DNA of 63,728 bases, counting the filler, from Octopus bimaculoides (lineage: Eukaryota), in the NCBI RefSeq assembly GCF_001194135.2. It is 7 parts of 6 records of this genome, joined end to end, with 100 filler letters (N's around TTAATTAATTAA, not from the genome) between each part and the next. Parts side by side here need not be neighbours in the genome. Positions count along the whole stretch, not along the records: positions 1 to 15,009 come from NC_068982.1; 6 more parts are not named here. The stretch is one strand, 5' to 3'. Shown in pieces: positions 1 through 11,944 of this stretch. How positions within the stretch are numbered: position 1 is the first letter of the stretch; each line of letters opens with the position of its first letter. The translations under genes were made by a program, and so were the position numbers. The notes under the pieces were generated by a model that was given only the letters and a program-made list of their open reading frames with translations, did no database searches and was not told where the DNA came from.

Positions 1-371
1 ATACCAGCAGATGACAACGTTTCCCTAAAAGAAATGGAAAAACTTTCAAAATACAAAGACTTGGAAATAGAGGTAACTCGAATGTGGAATCTAATAACAG
101 AAACAATTCCTATCATAGTAGGTGCCTTAGGTATAATAAAAAAAATATTCAGACAAATACATAACAAAAACACCAGGACTTACAAATATATATAACATAC
201 AGAAAATTGCACTACTGGGCACTGCACACATCCTACGCAAAACACTTTCAATACAGTAACCATAAGAGCATCACAGCAAACCACAGCACATACCCAAGGT
301 GCACAGAGCTGCGCTCGGTAGTGAAGTGAAAGCACGTTATAAAAATAAAACTACTAAATAATAATAATAAT
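1..371 (+). mobile_element. 3' end of RLE-type non-LTR retrotransposon (R4/Dong-like), 1-bp frameshift, (AAT)n tail
   Basis: Frame 1 reads IPADDNVSLKEMEKLSKYKDLEIEVTRMWNL..IPIIVGALG, then after an A-run slip KYSDKYITK..IQKIALLGTAHILRKTLSIQ*. This is the PD-(D/E)xK endonuclease C-terminus, followed by a 3' UTR and AAT repeats. Confidence 0.85.
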
Positions 372-596
372 AAAGAGCTTTGAAAAACTTATTAAGAATA
401 TTGGAGCTGCTGTCACGCTCGAAGTGATCCAGAAGACAGCATTGTTGGGTATAGCTCGCATTCTAAGGAGAGAATTGTCTCTTTGAGTTACAAGAGAAGG
501 CACTACTTGAAACCTTTGGTGATTTGTTATTACCTGCTTTCAAGTAAAGAATAGCCGCAAATAGAACAGCGAGAAACAAAACAACAATAATAATAA
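372..596 (+). mobile_element. Second R4/Dong-like 3' end inserted in the AAT tail of the first
   Basis: KSFEKLIKNIGAAVTLEVIQKTALLGIARILRRELSL*, then a different 3' UTR and an AAT tail. Confidence 0.75.
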
Positions 597-869
597 ATCT
601 AATGAACTCGTCCGCCGAAGACGACGTATGAATGTTCAGTTTTTTGTCATCCCATCTATTCTTTTCAAGCGATACTTATCTCCGGATTCTGAAATAGTGA
701 GCGGGTGAGTGTTTAGACCTGCACAAATGATTTGTTTATAGTGACCAAATGTATGTGCCATACATTAGGTCACTCTCTCCGTCAAATCAACGTTAGCTGA
801 AAAGACGCACAGTGTACCACGGATGTCGAAGTGATCGAGAACACAACGTACCACCCGGTCTAAGAATTG

Positions 870-1170
870 CGGGATCTTTTCACTTTCATTGGCACACCGA
901 GAAATTAATATTTTGTAACTAAACACTTTCAAACTTCGGACACTAGTAGAATGTGTCATATAAAACATCTTTTACTCTTAGCGTTGTTGACAAAAGTTTC
1001 TATTTACGAAGTTATTTCGTGTTAAAGTTGTCGTTTTTCGGTAATTTCAACCAATCAATGACGTGTATTCAGCTGAATAAAATTACTGCTGTTGTTTGTC
1101 AACAGTAACTTCCGGCGGTGTATATTTCGTTTGTCACTGTTATTTATGACATATTTCATCTCAGTTACGC
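870..1170 (+). repeat. Interspersed repeat family R1 (other copies 1797-2037 +, 2258-2499 -, about 3400-3600 +)
   Basis: Shared core TGTAACTAAACACTTTCAAACTTCGGACACT...TTCAACCAATCAATGACGTGTATTCAGCTG seen four times within 3.6 kb. Class not determined. Confidence 0.8.
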
Positions 1171-1561
1171 TTGTGTGAATAAACGAGTGTGTCTGAAGCA
1201 CGTTTACTTCATGACACCACCATAATCGTTCGTGCATTTCTACTGCTTTTTAGGTATTATTTTTCCTGTTTTTTCAGCTACTATTTTCGGAAAGACTTCC
1301 TTCTACCCCACCACATTTTCTCGCAAATTATTGTTTTTAAAAAATTTTTTTTTGCCAAAAACCCAGTTTTTCGGATACGGAATTTTGGCTGAATCGTAAG
1401 CACGCTGGGCATAAAGCTTAGCGGCATTTCGTCCATCTTTACGTCCTGAGTTCAAATTCCGCCGAAGTCGTCTTTACCTTTCATCTTTTTGGGTCGATGA
1501 AATATGTACCTGCTGAGTAATCGACTTACCTCCTACCCCGAATTTTGTGCCAAAACCTGGA

Positions 1562-1620
<59 letters not shown>

Positions 1621-1624
<4 letters not shown>

Positions 1625-1747
1625 TAGTTTTATTTTTATAACGTGCTTTCACTTCACTACCGAGCGCAGCTCTGTGCGCCTTGGGTATGTGCTGTGGTTT
1701 GCTGTGGTGCTCTTATGTTTACTGTATTGAAAGTGTTTTGCGTAGGA

Positions 1748-1750
<3 letters not shown>
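1621..1750 (-). mobile_element. Short 3' end of the same R4/Dong-like family as 1-371, flanked by (TTA)n on both sides
   Basis: Reverse complement of about 230-355 (ATCCTACGCAAAACACTTTCAATACAGTAA...CTACTGA). Confidence 0.85.
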
Positions 1751-1799
<49 letters not shown>

Positions 1800-2111
1800 G
1801 TAACTAAACACTTTCAAACTTCGGACACTGGTAGAATGTGTCATATAAAACATCTTTTACTCTTAGCGTTGTTGAGAAAAGTTTCTATTTACGAAGTTAT
1901 TTCGTGTTGTCGTATTTTGGTAATTTCAACCAATCAATGAGGTGTATTCAACTGAATAAAATTACTGCTGTTGTTTGTCAACAACAACCATCGGCGGTGT
2001 ATATTTGGTTTGTCAATGTTATTTATGACATCGTTCGGAATTTTTCGGAATTTTGAAATTTTTTGGCTCCCTTACCCCTTCCCCATCCAATTTCTTCATT
2101 TTTCACTTTTT

Positions 2112-2250
2112 CCGTAACCCTAACACTAAAACCCCAACCCTAACCCTAACCTTAACCTTAAAACCCTAACCCTAACCCTGAAACCGTAACCGTAGCCCTA
2201 AAACCCTAACCCTAACCGTAAAACTCTAACCCCAACCCTAAAACTCTAAA
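2112..2250 (+). repeat. Degenerate telomere-like (CCCTAA/CCGTAA)n tract
   Basis: Repeated AACCCT units with variants, in the spacer of the inverted duplication. Confidence 0.85.
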
Positions 2251-2498
2251 TTACAAACGAACGGTGTCATAAATAACAGTGACAAACGAAATATATACCG
2301 CCGATGGTTGTTGCTGACAAACAGCAGTAATTTTATTCAGCTGAATACACGTCATTGATTGGTTGAAATTACCGAAATACGACAACTTTAACACGAAATA
2401 ACTTCGTAAATAGAAACTTTTCTCAATAACGCTAAGAGTAAAAGATGTTTTATATGACACATTCTACCAGTGTCCGAAGTTTGAAAGTGTTTAGTTAC

Positions 2499-2534
<36 letters not shown>

Positions 2535-3831
2535 TTCAGATTTTGGCACAAAATTCGGGGTAGGGGGTAAGTCGATTACTCAGCAGGTACATATTTCATC
2601 GACCCAAAAAGATGAAAGGTAAAGACGACCTCGGCGGAATTTGAACTCAGGACGCAAAGGTGGACGAAATGCCGCTAAACGTTATGCCCAGCGTGCTTAC
2701 GATTCAGCCAGCTTGCTGCCTTGAATAATAATAATGATGATGATGATGATGATGATAATGGACCCTCTCGTCGAAGACGACGTATGAGTGTCCAGTGTTT
2801 TGCTCAACGACCTGTACAAATGACTTGTTTATAGTGATCAAATGTATGTGACGCACCCCATCAAGTTGACGTTGTCTGAACAAGTGTGCCGCTCGTCAGA
2901 TGTCGAAATAATCGCCGAGCAACGTAAAATGAAGTGTTTTGCTCAAGAACACAACGATCCGCTCGTTCCGGAATCTAAGCCATGATCTGGCGATCGTGAG
3001 TGCAGGTGGTGAGAAAAATACATTAATTGTCATAGATAAAATATTGTTTAAATTAGATTGATAGAATCGGTAGAGCGCCGGACAAAAATGCCTCGCAGTA
3101 TTTGGATGCAGCCTTTATGCTGTGAGCTGAAATATCGCTGAGATCAGCATTGTTTTTTTCATCCTTCCGTGACTGCAAAAATAATTTACCTGTTAAATAA
3201 TTGGATCAATATAGCTGCAGTACTCAACTCTCTCTGAATTTGCGGTCTTGTGTGCATATCTTTACTAGGAATGAAGGCGGAGTAATGAAATGGCTATCCC
3301 TCAAAGTACCTTATCGTATGGGAAGCGAGAAGGGTGTGGAAATAGGGGACAAGAATGTAAAAAGAACATGAAGTTTTGGAAAAAGAAAAATTTCGGGATC
3401 TTTTCCTTTTGGCCGGCACATAGAAAAAATAATTTTTTGTAACTAAACACTTTCAAATTTCGTATACTGGCAGAATGTGTCATTTAAAACATCATTTACT
3501 CTTGACGTTTTTAAGAAAAGTCTTTATTTTCGAAGTTATTTCGTGTTAAAGTTGTCGTATTTCGGTAATTTCAACCAATCAATGACGTCTATTGAGGTGA
3601 AAACAATAGACGTTGACATAAACATCTGATGAAGCAACTGGTCACATCTTATTCACTCACTCACTCACTCACTCACTCAGAATCCGGAGTATTGCTTACG
3701 TGAACGTCACTGATCTGTAAAAGAACATGACAAAACCATCTGAAGCATTATACTTATTCCCCCTTAATGCCTATCGTATTTCTTCATAAACGTTGCCGTC
3801 ACTATTAGTTTTAAACCTTCTGATATTTTAG

Positions 3832-3990
3832 AAATGGGAGCCGTTACGTGTTACGAATGTTCAACGAACTTTCTGGAGAGCAATAGAAAAGCCAATAAAA
3901 ACTGTCCCATTAATGGTTATGTAAGGAATATTGCTGTCAACAACTGCGACGGAAAATGCATTTATAGAACAAATGCGCAATATCCCGGAA
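3832..3990 (+). CDS. Ly6/uPAR three-finger protein, exon A (N-terminal half of domain)
   Basis: TTTTAG|AA acceptor and GGAA|GTAAGT donor, phase 1/1. Reads (E)MGAVTCYECSTNFLESNRKANKNCPINGYVRNIAVNNCDGKCIYRTNAQYPG, with the CYEC start typical of the fold. Confidence 0.85.
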
Positions 3991-4413
3991 GTAAGTTAAA
4001 AACAACTTTGATTATTTTATGCGAGATTCAATGTTTCTGAAGATGAAATTGTTGTGAAGTTGTCATCATTCGTTTTAAAGCAGTACAATGCAGCCATCCT
4101 CTTGAAATTATTGCTTCGAAATTTCAGAGCTGTACTTGTGTAGCAAGTGAGTTGATCAGAGGCCGTGTGTTCAAACTGAAGTAATTAAATCGCGGAAGAG
4201 CCATCGTAGCTATTTTGTAACACACACACAAATTGTTAAATTTACTTTAAATTTATTTCATGACGCTTTATAAAAGTTGAACACTAAAGAGTAGAGAAAG
4301 TTCAGTGCCACTGAGTATACCACTATTCCTCTTCTTAAGGTAAAACTAGTATTTTATAATAAAGATGATTATGCCATTGATTGAGTGGTACTTCATTGAA
4401 CACAGGTTGTCAT

Positions 4414-4644
4414 AGGCGGCGAGCTGGCAGAAACGTTAGCACGCCGGGGGAAATGCTTAGCGGTATTTCGTCTGCCGGTACGTTCTGAATTCAAATTCCG
4501 CCGAGGTCGACTTTGCCTTTCATCCTTTCGGGGTCGATTAAATAAGTACCAGTTACGAACTGGGGTCGATATAATCGACTTAATCCGTTTGTCTGTCCTT
4601 GTTTGTCCCCTCTGTGTGTAGCCCCTTGTGGGTAGTAAAGAAAT
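4414..4644 (+). mobile_element. Full-length tRNA-derived SINE (family A) with 15-bp target-site duplication
   Basis: GGCGGCGAGCTGGCAGAAACGTTAGC...GCCTTTCATCCTTTCGGGGTCGA...AGTACCAG. TSD AACACAGGTTGTCAT at 4399-4413 and 4645-4659. Confidence 0.9.
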
Positions 4645-5114
4645 AACACAGGTTGTCATGAATCTGTCTTATGAGTTTATGAATTGTTCAGATCTTGCAA
4701 GATTTCACACATTCTTCAACTTGTATTCTTCACCTGTGTTTTATAAGGTGTTATAGGTACCTTTAAATAGCTCTGAGCTGCAGTCAATAATACACTGGCT
4801 TCGTGAATTACTCATTTTGACATACACATCTGATGAAGCAACTGGTCACATCTTATTCAAATAAACTACAATGACATCTCATAAAGAATATTTAAGTAAA
4901 TTAAAAAAAAAAAAGATTTGTTATGAAAATATTTGTTCGCAATGAATTTATGAATGAATCACAGTGAGATAAAACTTTCATACACGAGGAGGTAATTCGT
5001 ATAAAGTTTAGCTAGTTTTATACTATGTAGATCTGCTGTTGAAAAGTCGTTTTTGTACTGCTTTTCTATCGAAGACATTTTAGAAATTTGATATTTCAAT
5101 TATTTTTCTTCTAG

Positions 5115-5240
5115 TTTACTTTCGCTCCTGCTCAAAGATTCATAGTCTACCAAAAGATCTCCCAGACTCAGGTTGTTATTCTTACGGTGATGATGTATAT
5201 TGCTTTTGTAACAAGGATAACTGTAATGGCGCACCGATTG
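5115..5240 (+). CDS. Ly6/uPAR three-finger protein, exon B (C-terminal half)
   Basis: TTCTTCTAG| acceptor, G|GTAAGT donor, 126 nt, phase 1/1, in frame with exon A: IYFRSCSKIHSLPKDLPDSGCYSYGDDVYCFCNKDNCNGAPI. Completes 10 Cys with the terminal CFCxxxxCN. Confidence 0.88.
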
Positions 5241-5599
5241 GTAAGTAAGTGAGTTACATATTTAAAATTTTATTTTGCTCTTCGAATAAACGCATACTAT
5301 TAATGAGAAAACTTTAGTAATTCTGATAGTCATTGGCAGTTGTTATATACGAAGTATAATTTCAGAATTTAAGATCAATCCAGACAACATTAAAACAATG
5401 TATTTACTAACATTCACAACACAAAATGAACACATCACTATACAAGATACAAACTATGGAAAATATTGAGGGAAAAATGCAATGTTGTAAAACTTACTTC
5501 AGTTAAAATTCTAAGAACAAGTGTTTGTGTTCCCCATCGAAAGTAAATGAGTTCACTTAACTAGTTCACTAATCCGGTTTCTGAAATCTTTGCGCGCCG

Positions 5600-6090
5600 G
5601 CAACGACGTGTTCAGCTTTCAGTAACCGGATCTCTGTCTATGAAGTCTAAGTCGACTGTACAGATCACGAATTTGTGGTCTGTGTAGTCGACTACTTTAA
5701 ACTGTGGACATCCTATGCTATCTTTATCTATTACTCTACAGAATAACCTATCTAGATATGATCTGGATGACCCGATGCGGTTTGACCAGGTCCACACTGG
5801 CAAATCCGGGAAGTCCAGTCGATACCTATCAGACAGTTGGAATCGTCTGAGCAGGTTTGCGAGGATTTTGCACCCTCCTCTCCTATCTGCTAAACCTACA
5901 CAGTCCCACCTTACATTTAAAACTCCATTCCAATTCCCCACTAACACTAAAGAGCGGGAAGTTCCCAGGAAAGTTTCCAGATGTCTGCAGAAATCTAGTC
6001 GTCCTGCCCCTGTCGGGGCATAGACAGCAATTAACCTGAAAGTATGTCCTTCGCTGTCTATCACATCCAGGATCATCGACTTACCTTCCG
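5600..6090 (-). mobile_element. Tx1/L1-clade LINE AP-endonuclease fragment
   Basis: FRLIAVYAPT..VLVGNWN..WTWSN..SRSYLDRLF..TDHKFV: APE motifs including degenerate GDFN and SDH. Confidence 0.85.
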
Positions 6091-6199
6091 GATCCAGGAA
6101 AATTCTTTTATGTTCTTATTCCGTCGAAAGGCTACAATGGGCGGCTGAGGAAATGTTTGTTTGAAACTGGGATATTGACCTCTATATCTGACTCCAAGA

Positions 6200-6450
6200 A
6201 AACGAACATTGGAGTATCTACACGCTGTACCTTGAACAGCTGCAAGAGAGGTAAGCCCTGTTCATTGTGCAACAACATGAGTGAAGTGAATACCATCAAA
6301 AATCATAATAGAAATGTTATGATTTATACAGAAGGGGGAACCTGCAAAGATTCCCATTTAGTGTACGGTGCAGAATGCACGAAACATAACTTGATTTATG
6401 TTGGTTGTACAACGGAACAATTAAACAAAAGGTTTAATGGGCACAGATTC
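6200..6450 (+). mobile_element. Penelope-like GIY-YIG endonuclease fragment, cut by a gap
   Basis: CSLC..TCKDSHLVYGAECTKHNLIYVGCTTEQLNKRFNGHR: CxxC, VY..C..YVG and RxxxH motifs. Confidence 0.8.
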
Positions 6451-7030
6451 NNNNNNNNNNNNNNNNNNNNNNNNNNNNNNNNNNNNNNNNNNNNNNNNNN
6501 NNNNNNNNNNNNNNNNNNNNNNNNNNNNNNNNNNNNNNNNNNNNNNNNNNNNNNNNNNNNNNNNNNNNNNNNNNNNNNNNNNNNNNNNNNNNNNNNNNNN
6601 NNNNNNNNNNNNNNNNNNNNNNNNNNNNNNNNNNNNNNNNNNNNNNNNNNNNNNNNNNNNNNNNNNNNNNNNNNNNNNNNNNNNNNNNNNNNNNNNNNNN
6701 NNNNNNNNNNNNNNNNNNNNNNNNNNNNNNNNNNNNNNNNNNNNNNNNNNNNNNNNNNNNNNNNNNNNNNNNNNNNNNNNNNNNNNNNNNNNNNNNNNNN
6801 NNNNNNNNNNNNNNNNNNNNNNNNNNNNNNNNNNNNNNNNNNNNNNNNNNNNNNNNNNNNNNNNNNNNNNNNNNNNNNNNNNNNNNNNNNNNNNNNNNNN
6901 NNNNNNNNNNNNNNNNNNNNNNNNNNNTGAATTTTCAATCACCTTTTGGTTTGAACTTGAGAAAGACAGATGTTCTGTCGAAATATTGTTAAAAAAATAA
7001 AACATCTAAAATCGCACTCTTCGTCTTGAC

Positions 7031-7167
<137 letters not shown>

Positions 7168-7545
7168 CCTGTGGCGAGTGAGAAAAATACTGGCTTCAAA
7201 GCTGAATGCCAGAAACATAATTTCGGCAATAAACTCGCGCGCAGTTGCAGTAGTTCGGTATGGTGCTGGAATCCTGAAGAGGACAGAAGAAAGCTAAAGG
7301 AAATAAACAGGGATTCAAGAAATCTCCTAACGATGCATGGAGCCCATCATCTACATGCAGACACTGACCGCCTATGCATGAAGAGAGCAACTGGAGGAAG
7401 AGTATTGATAAGTGTGGAGGACTGTGTACGTATCGAATTGGAGAGCTTAATGAGATACCTAGCTCAAAGTAAGGAGACCTTGCTAATGTTAGTTAGGAAC
7501 GAGGGAATATTGCAAGCAAATAAAAAAGGAAAAATGAATGGTCTA
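7168..7545 (+). mobile_element. R4/Dong-like LINE internal (thumb) fragment
   Basis: LKEINRDSRNLLTMHGAHHLHADTDRLCMKRATGGRVLISVEDC, paralogous to 8300-8420. Confidence 0.75.
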
Positions 7546-7693
7546 CCAATGTATCAGTATGTTTCTCTGCCCTAGGTGTCAGGAAGACACTCGGCAAGAA
7601 ATGGAAACAGAATTGAAAGAACATGATGGGTGTACTGGGCTTCGTATATTTTACCCCAGTGTCACTTTGATGGCATGCACTGCTCTCTCACTC

Positions 7694-7745
<52 letters not shown>

Positions 7746-7757
7746 GATAATAATAAT

Positions 7758-9369
7758 AGGGGCATCTTCCAAGGGGACTGCCTATCCCCACTGATCTTTG
7801 TACTGTGCTTGATACCACTGACACTGATTCTGAGGAAAGCAAAAGCTGGGTATGTATTCAAAAGCCGCTAACAAAAAAGTCAACCATTTGTTATTCATGG
7901 ACGACCTCAAACTTTATGGTAAAGATGAAGCTCAAGTCAGTTCCCTCGTTGATACGGTGTATACCTTCAGTGCTGATATCAGAATGGAGTTCGGACTGAG
8001 AAAGTGTGGTGTGTTAGTCTTGAAGAGAGGCAAAATCAAAGGTATGGATGGGCTAACGATACTGTCAGGGGAGGTTATGAAGCAGATAGAAGAGACGGGC
8101 TATAAGTACTTGGGGATTTTGGAAATGGATAAATTGACGGAGAAAGAAATGACAGAGAAGTTTAAGGTGGAGTACTTGTGCAGACTGAGACTGAGCCTTA
8201 AATCGAAATTAAACGGACGGAATAAGATCGAAAATATCAACACCTGGGCGGTTTCACTCCTTAGGTATGGAGTAGGAGTAATCGCATGGACATTAGACAA
8301 ATTAAACAGCTTAGACAGAAAGACAAGGAAGTTGCAAATTAGATATGAGTCACTCCACCTAAAACGTGACACAGACAGACTGTATTTACCAAGAAAAAGA
8401 GGGATGCGAACACAACATTAGAGCAGAAGAAAACAACATAGCATGGTATGTAAAAAATGTCACAGAACCGCTGTTACTAGAAATAAGAAGGTCGGGCTTG
8501 TGTAGGATGAAAGATTGCAAAGATAAAGCACTATACAAGAAATTGAAAACGAATGAAACTGAAAATAGGTGGGTAAAGAAAAGAATGCATGGTCAATTTC
8601 ATAAAGACGTTGAAGATTGACAGACTAAAAGTGATTTAAAACCGGAAATGGAGGCTCTAATCTGTGCTGCCCAAGAGCAAGCACTAAGAACAAACTACAT
8701 AAAATACAGAATAGACAACACACCAGAAAGTGATAAGTGCAGAATCTGTGGACAAAACGGTGAAACCGTATGGCATATTACCAGACAATGTACGCCACTA
8801 GCCCAGAAGGAATATAATAGACGCTACGACAATATAGCAAGGATTGTCCATTGGACACTTTGCAACAAGTATGGACTTGACAGATCAAAAAATTGGTACG
8901 ACCACAAACCTGAAGGCATCGTCGAGAATAGAAATGCAAAGATCGTATGGGATTTTATGATTCAGTTTGACCATGAGATAGAAAATAGGAAGTCAGACAT
9001 AGTCTTAATTGAAAAAGAAAACAAACTATGCTCCAGCATAGATATAGCATGCCCAGCTGACAACAAGGTATGCGATAAGGAAGAAAGAAAAGTTGAGAGA
9101 TATGACAGGTTAGCTTGGGAAGTTAAGCAGTTGTGGGCGATGAAAAAGGTAGCAGTAGTGCCAATAATTGTCGGAGCCCTGGGAACAGTGAGCAAGTACG
9201 TAGAACAAGTAGAGGCTGCAATAAAAGTGGAGCACTTGCAGAAAACAGCACTGCTTGGAACCGCTCGAATACTCCGGAAGGTGCTCGAAAAATAAGAGGT
9301 GTTAGCTTAGTTCACTGGTAGTGAACAGCTGACACTGCAGTACATCTCCAGCGTCAGAAGCTGTGCAAA

Positions 9370-9436
<67 letters not shown>

Positions 9437-9437
9437 T
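7758..9437 (+). mobile_element. 5'-truncated R4/Dong-like RLE LINE (RT, CCHC knuckle, RLE endonuclease, 3' UTR, (TAA)n tail), with stops and frameshifts
   Basis: GIFQGDCLSP, HLLFMDDLKL, YKYLG, CRICG..ETVWHITRQC, RKSDIVL..IDIACP, LQKTALLGTARILRKVL. Bounded by (AAT)n on both sides. Confidence 0.92.
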
Positions 9438-10533
9438 ACTATAGTTTTGCTAAAACTTTGTGCTGTTGTTCATAGATCTCTATATCTTAGCTATGCTATG
9501 CCCAACCTGTCGACGCCCCTCTGAAAAATCTAGATTTCTATACATGTATTTGTCCCCACGCTGGAATATCGGCAAGTTTACCTGCTTCTTCTTCCGCCCC
9601 TCTCTCTCTCCCCTCTCCTCTCCCACTCTGTCTTCAGTTCTACTGTAAGCATTCACGAGGATAAGATGGCTATTTAATGGCTCCCCCCAAATGCGTAAAC
9701 CTATTCTATTACTTCAAACTATGAAATATCACTGTCTGTAATGCAAAGACTTGAGGTGTTTTTCGAGAATTGTCTATGTGTTTGCTAAAACTTAGAGATG
9801 TTTATAGATTTTTATATCTTAACTACGATGTGATGTTCCATAGATAGACTCCTTTATCGTAAATACGATGTGATGTTTTATAGACAGATTAATATAGTCT
9901 TGCTAAAATTTTGGGATGCTATTCATATATTTCTATATCTTAGCTATGCTATGCCCAACGATGCTCCTCTTAAAAATCCCCTCGCCCCCGCCCCCAATCC
10001 ACCGTCAGGCCTGTCAACTACCAATCCAATCAAACAATCTGTATTGGTAGACACAACCCCATTCTTCTATTTAGCGCCGCAGCAACATTAGTAGCTAAAC
10101 CACCAGTCTCACAGTAATGCCACTCTCATCAACTTAGTGTGATACGTACACTACCTGTTGCATCACAGCTTCACCTTCATCAAATGGTAACTTTTGAAAG
10201 AATTGAGGAAAACTTGGCGAGATAGGAAAGTACTTGTCATCAAACCTTTCAAATGGGTCCACTACACAACCCTTTTCACCACACTCACAACCCGTTTCAC
10301 CACACCCACAACCCCAGAACGTAAAACATCGGAAGACATGCTGCAAAGCATTTTGTGTAACGTGCTGACGATTCTACCAACCTGTCAACAATAATGATTG
10401 ATACAATTTTTTAATAAGTTCATTACCCTTTTTTTCTGAAATATTTCTCAGCTGTTTAACATATCTAAAACTGATAGTAGTTTGGTTGTTTCTTCAAGTA
10501 GTATAAAGCAGTATTTCTTTTTTTTTTCCGCAG

Positions 10534-10584
10534 GAGACAAACTTAATCAAACTGTTGAAGAGCTTCCGTTTCCTGATAAATCAA
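10534..10584 (+). CDS. Ly6/uPAR gene, exon C (short stalk)
   Basis: Long T tract then CCGCAG| acceptor, A|GTAAGT donor, 51 nt, phase 1/1: GDKLNQTVEELPFPDKS. The terminal exon was not found. Confidence 0.7.
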
Positions 10585-11040
10585 GTAAGTAGATTTCAAC
10601 ATTATAGATATAAAATGACTATTTAAATCAGAGGTTCTCAACCATTTTTTTTTTNNNNNNNNNNNNNNNNNNNNNNNNNNNNNNNNNNNNNNNNNNNNNN
10701 NNNNNNNNNNNNNNNNNNNNNNNNNNNNNNNNNNNNNNNNNNNNNNNNNNNNNNNNNNNNNNNNNNNNNNNNNNNNNAAAATCCTGTTATATTTTTATAA
10801 TTAAATATTATTAGGAATTGTATTATAAAATGTTAAAGTATTTTGTGTATTGTAGAAATATAAGTTTATTGCATATAAATTTTAGCAACAAAAGTGTCAT
10901 ATGTAGACCTCGGTTTAAACTTATTTAAAGGATAATAAAGTTACTTACCATTGACTTTTTAAAACTGAATAGTTGGAAGTGTTATTGGAATGAAGAGATA
11001 CTTTCAATCAATCATTCGATATGCTAAGTATTGTTATGAT

Positions 11041-11413
11041 GTGGAGGCGCAATGGTCCAGTAGTTAGGGCAGCGGACTCGCGGTCGTAGGATCGGGCATT
11101 GTGAGTGTTTATTGAGCGAAAACACCTAAAGCTCCACGAGGTTCCGGCAGGGGGCGGTGGCAAACTCAGCTGTACTCTTTCTCTCACTCTTTCTCTCACT
11201 CTTTCTCTCACTCTTTCTTCCTGTCTCTGTTGTACCTGTATTTCAAAGGGCCAGCCTTGTCACACACTGTGTCACGCTGAATATCCCCGAGAACTACGTT
11301 AAGGGTACACGTGCCTGTGGAGTGCTCAGCCACTTGCATGTTAATTTCACGAGCAGGCTGTTCCGTTGATCGGATCAAATGGAACCCACGTCGCCGTAAC
11401 CGACGGAGTGCCA
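11041..11413 (+). mobile_element. tRNA-derived SINE family C (other copies 16265-16555 -, 48586-48900 +)
   Basis: Head GGCGCAATGG(T/C)CCAGTRGTTAGGGCAGCGGACTCGCGGTCG with an A-box, and a shared body CACGCTGAATATCCCCGAGAACTAC. Confidence 0.88.
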
Positions 11414-11944
11414 CGAGATTGTTATGATATTCATTTGCTTAACATAACTGGAATTTTATTTTGGGTAGTCCTTGATATAACGCGTACCACCCATTACTTT
11501 GTCAAGTTTGAGTTGACATCAGTTTGTTTGGAAGTTGCGAACGAAATTATTTCTTTAGTCGTATTGTGACCGGCTGGATTGCCATTGGGAATAATTTTGT
11601 GTGCTATTAAGAATTCTTCTTTTGAGTCTTTACTTTTGTTGTTGATTTTTGTATTACTGAGTTTTATTTTTTTTTTGTGTTGCTGTTCATTTTTCTTGTT
11701 TGCTTATTTGTTTATCTGCTGATGCACCCCCCCCCCCNNNNNNNNNNNNNNNNNNNNNNNNNNNNNNNNNNNNNNNNNNNNNNNNNNNNNNNNNNNNNAA
11801 AAAAAACAACAACAAAAAACGGGATAGTATGATTGTATTATATCATAAGCAATTTTGCTGTATTTTCTTTATTGTTGTTGTTTAAAATAGAAGGGTTCGA
11901 TTATAAGGAGATTTGGCTGTGATCTCCAGCAGGTTGAGCGACGG

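Larger units (their letters stand above)
1387..2709. repeat. Large inverted duplication (arms 1387-2037 and 2258-2709): SINE + (TTA)n + R1
   Basis: The right arm is the reverse complement of the left, and both SINE copies share the same internal deletion (AAATATGTACCTGCTGAGTAATCGACTTA). Confidence 0.85.

Noticed and set aside
2112-2250. True telomere or chromosome end
   Set aside because: Short, degenerate and internal, flanked by ordinary repeats.
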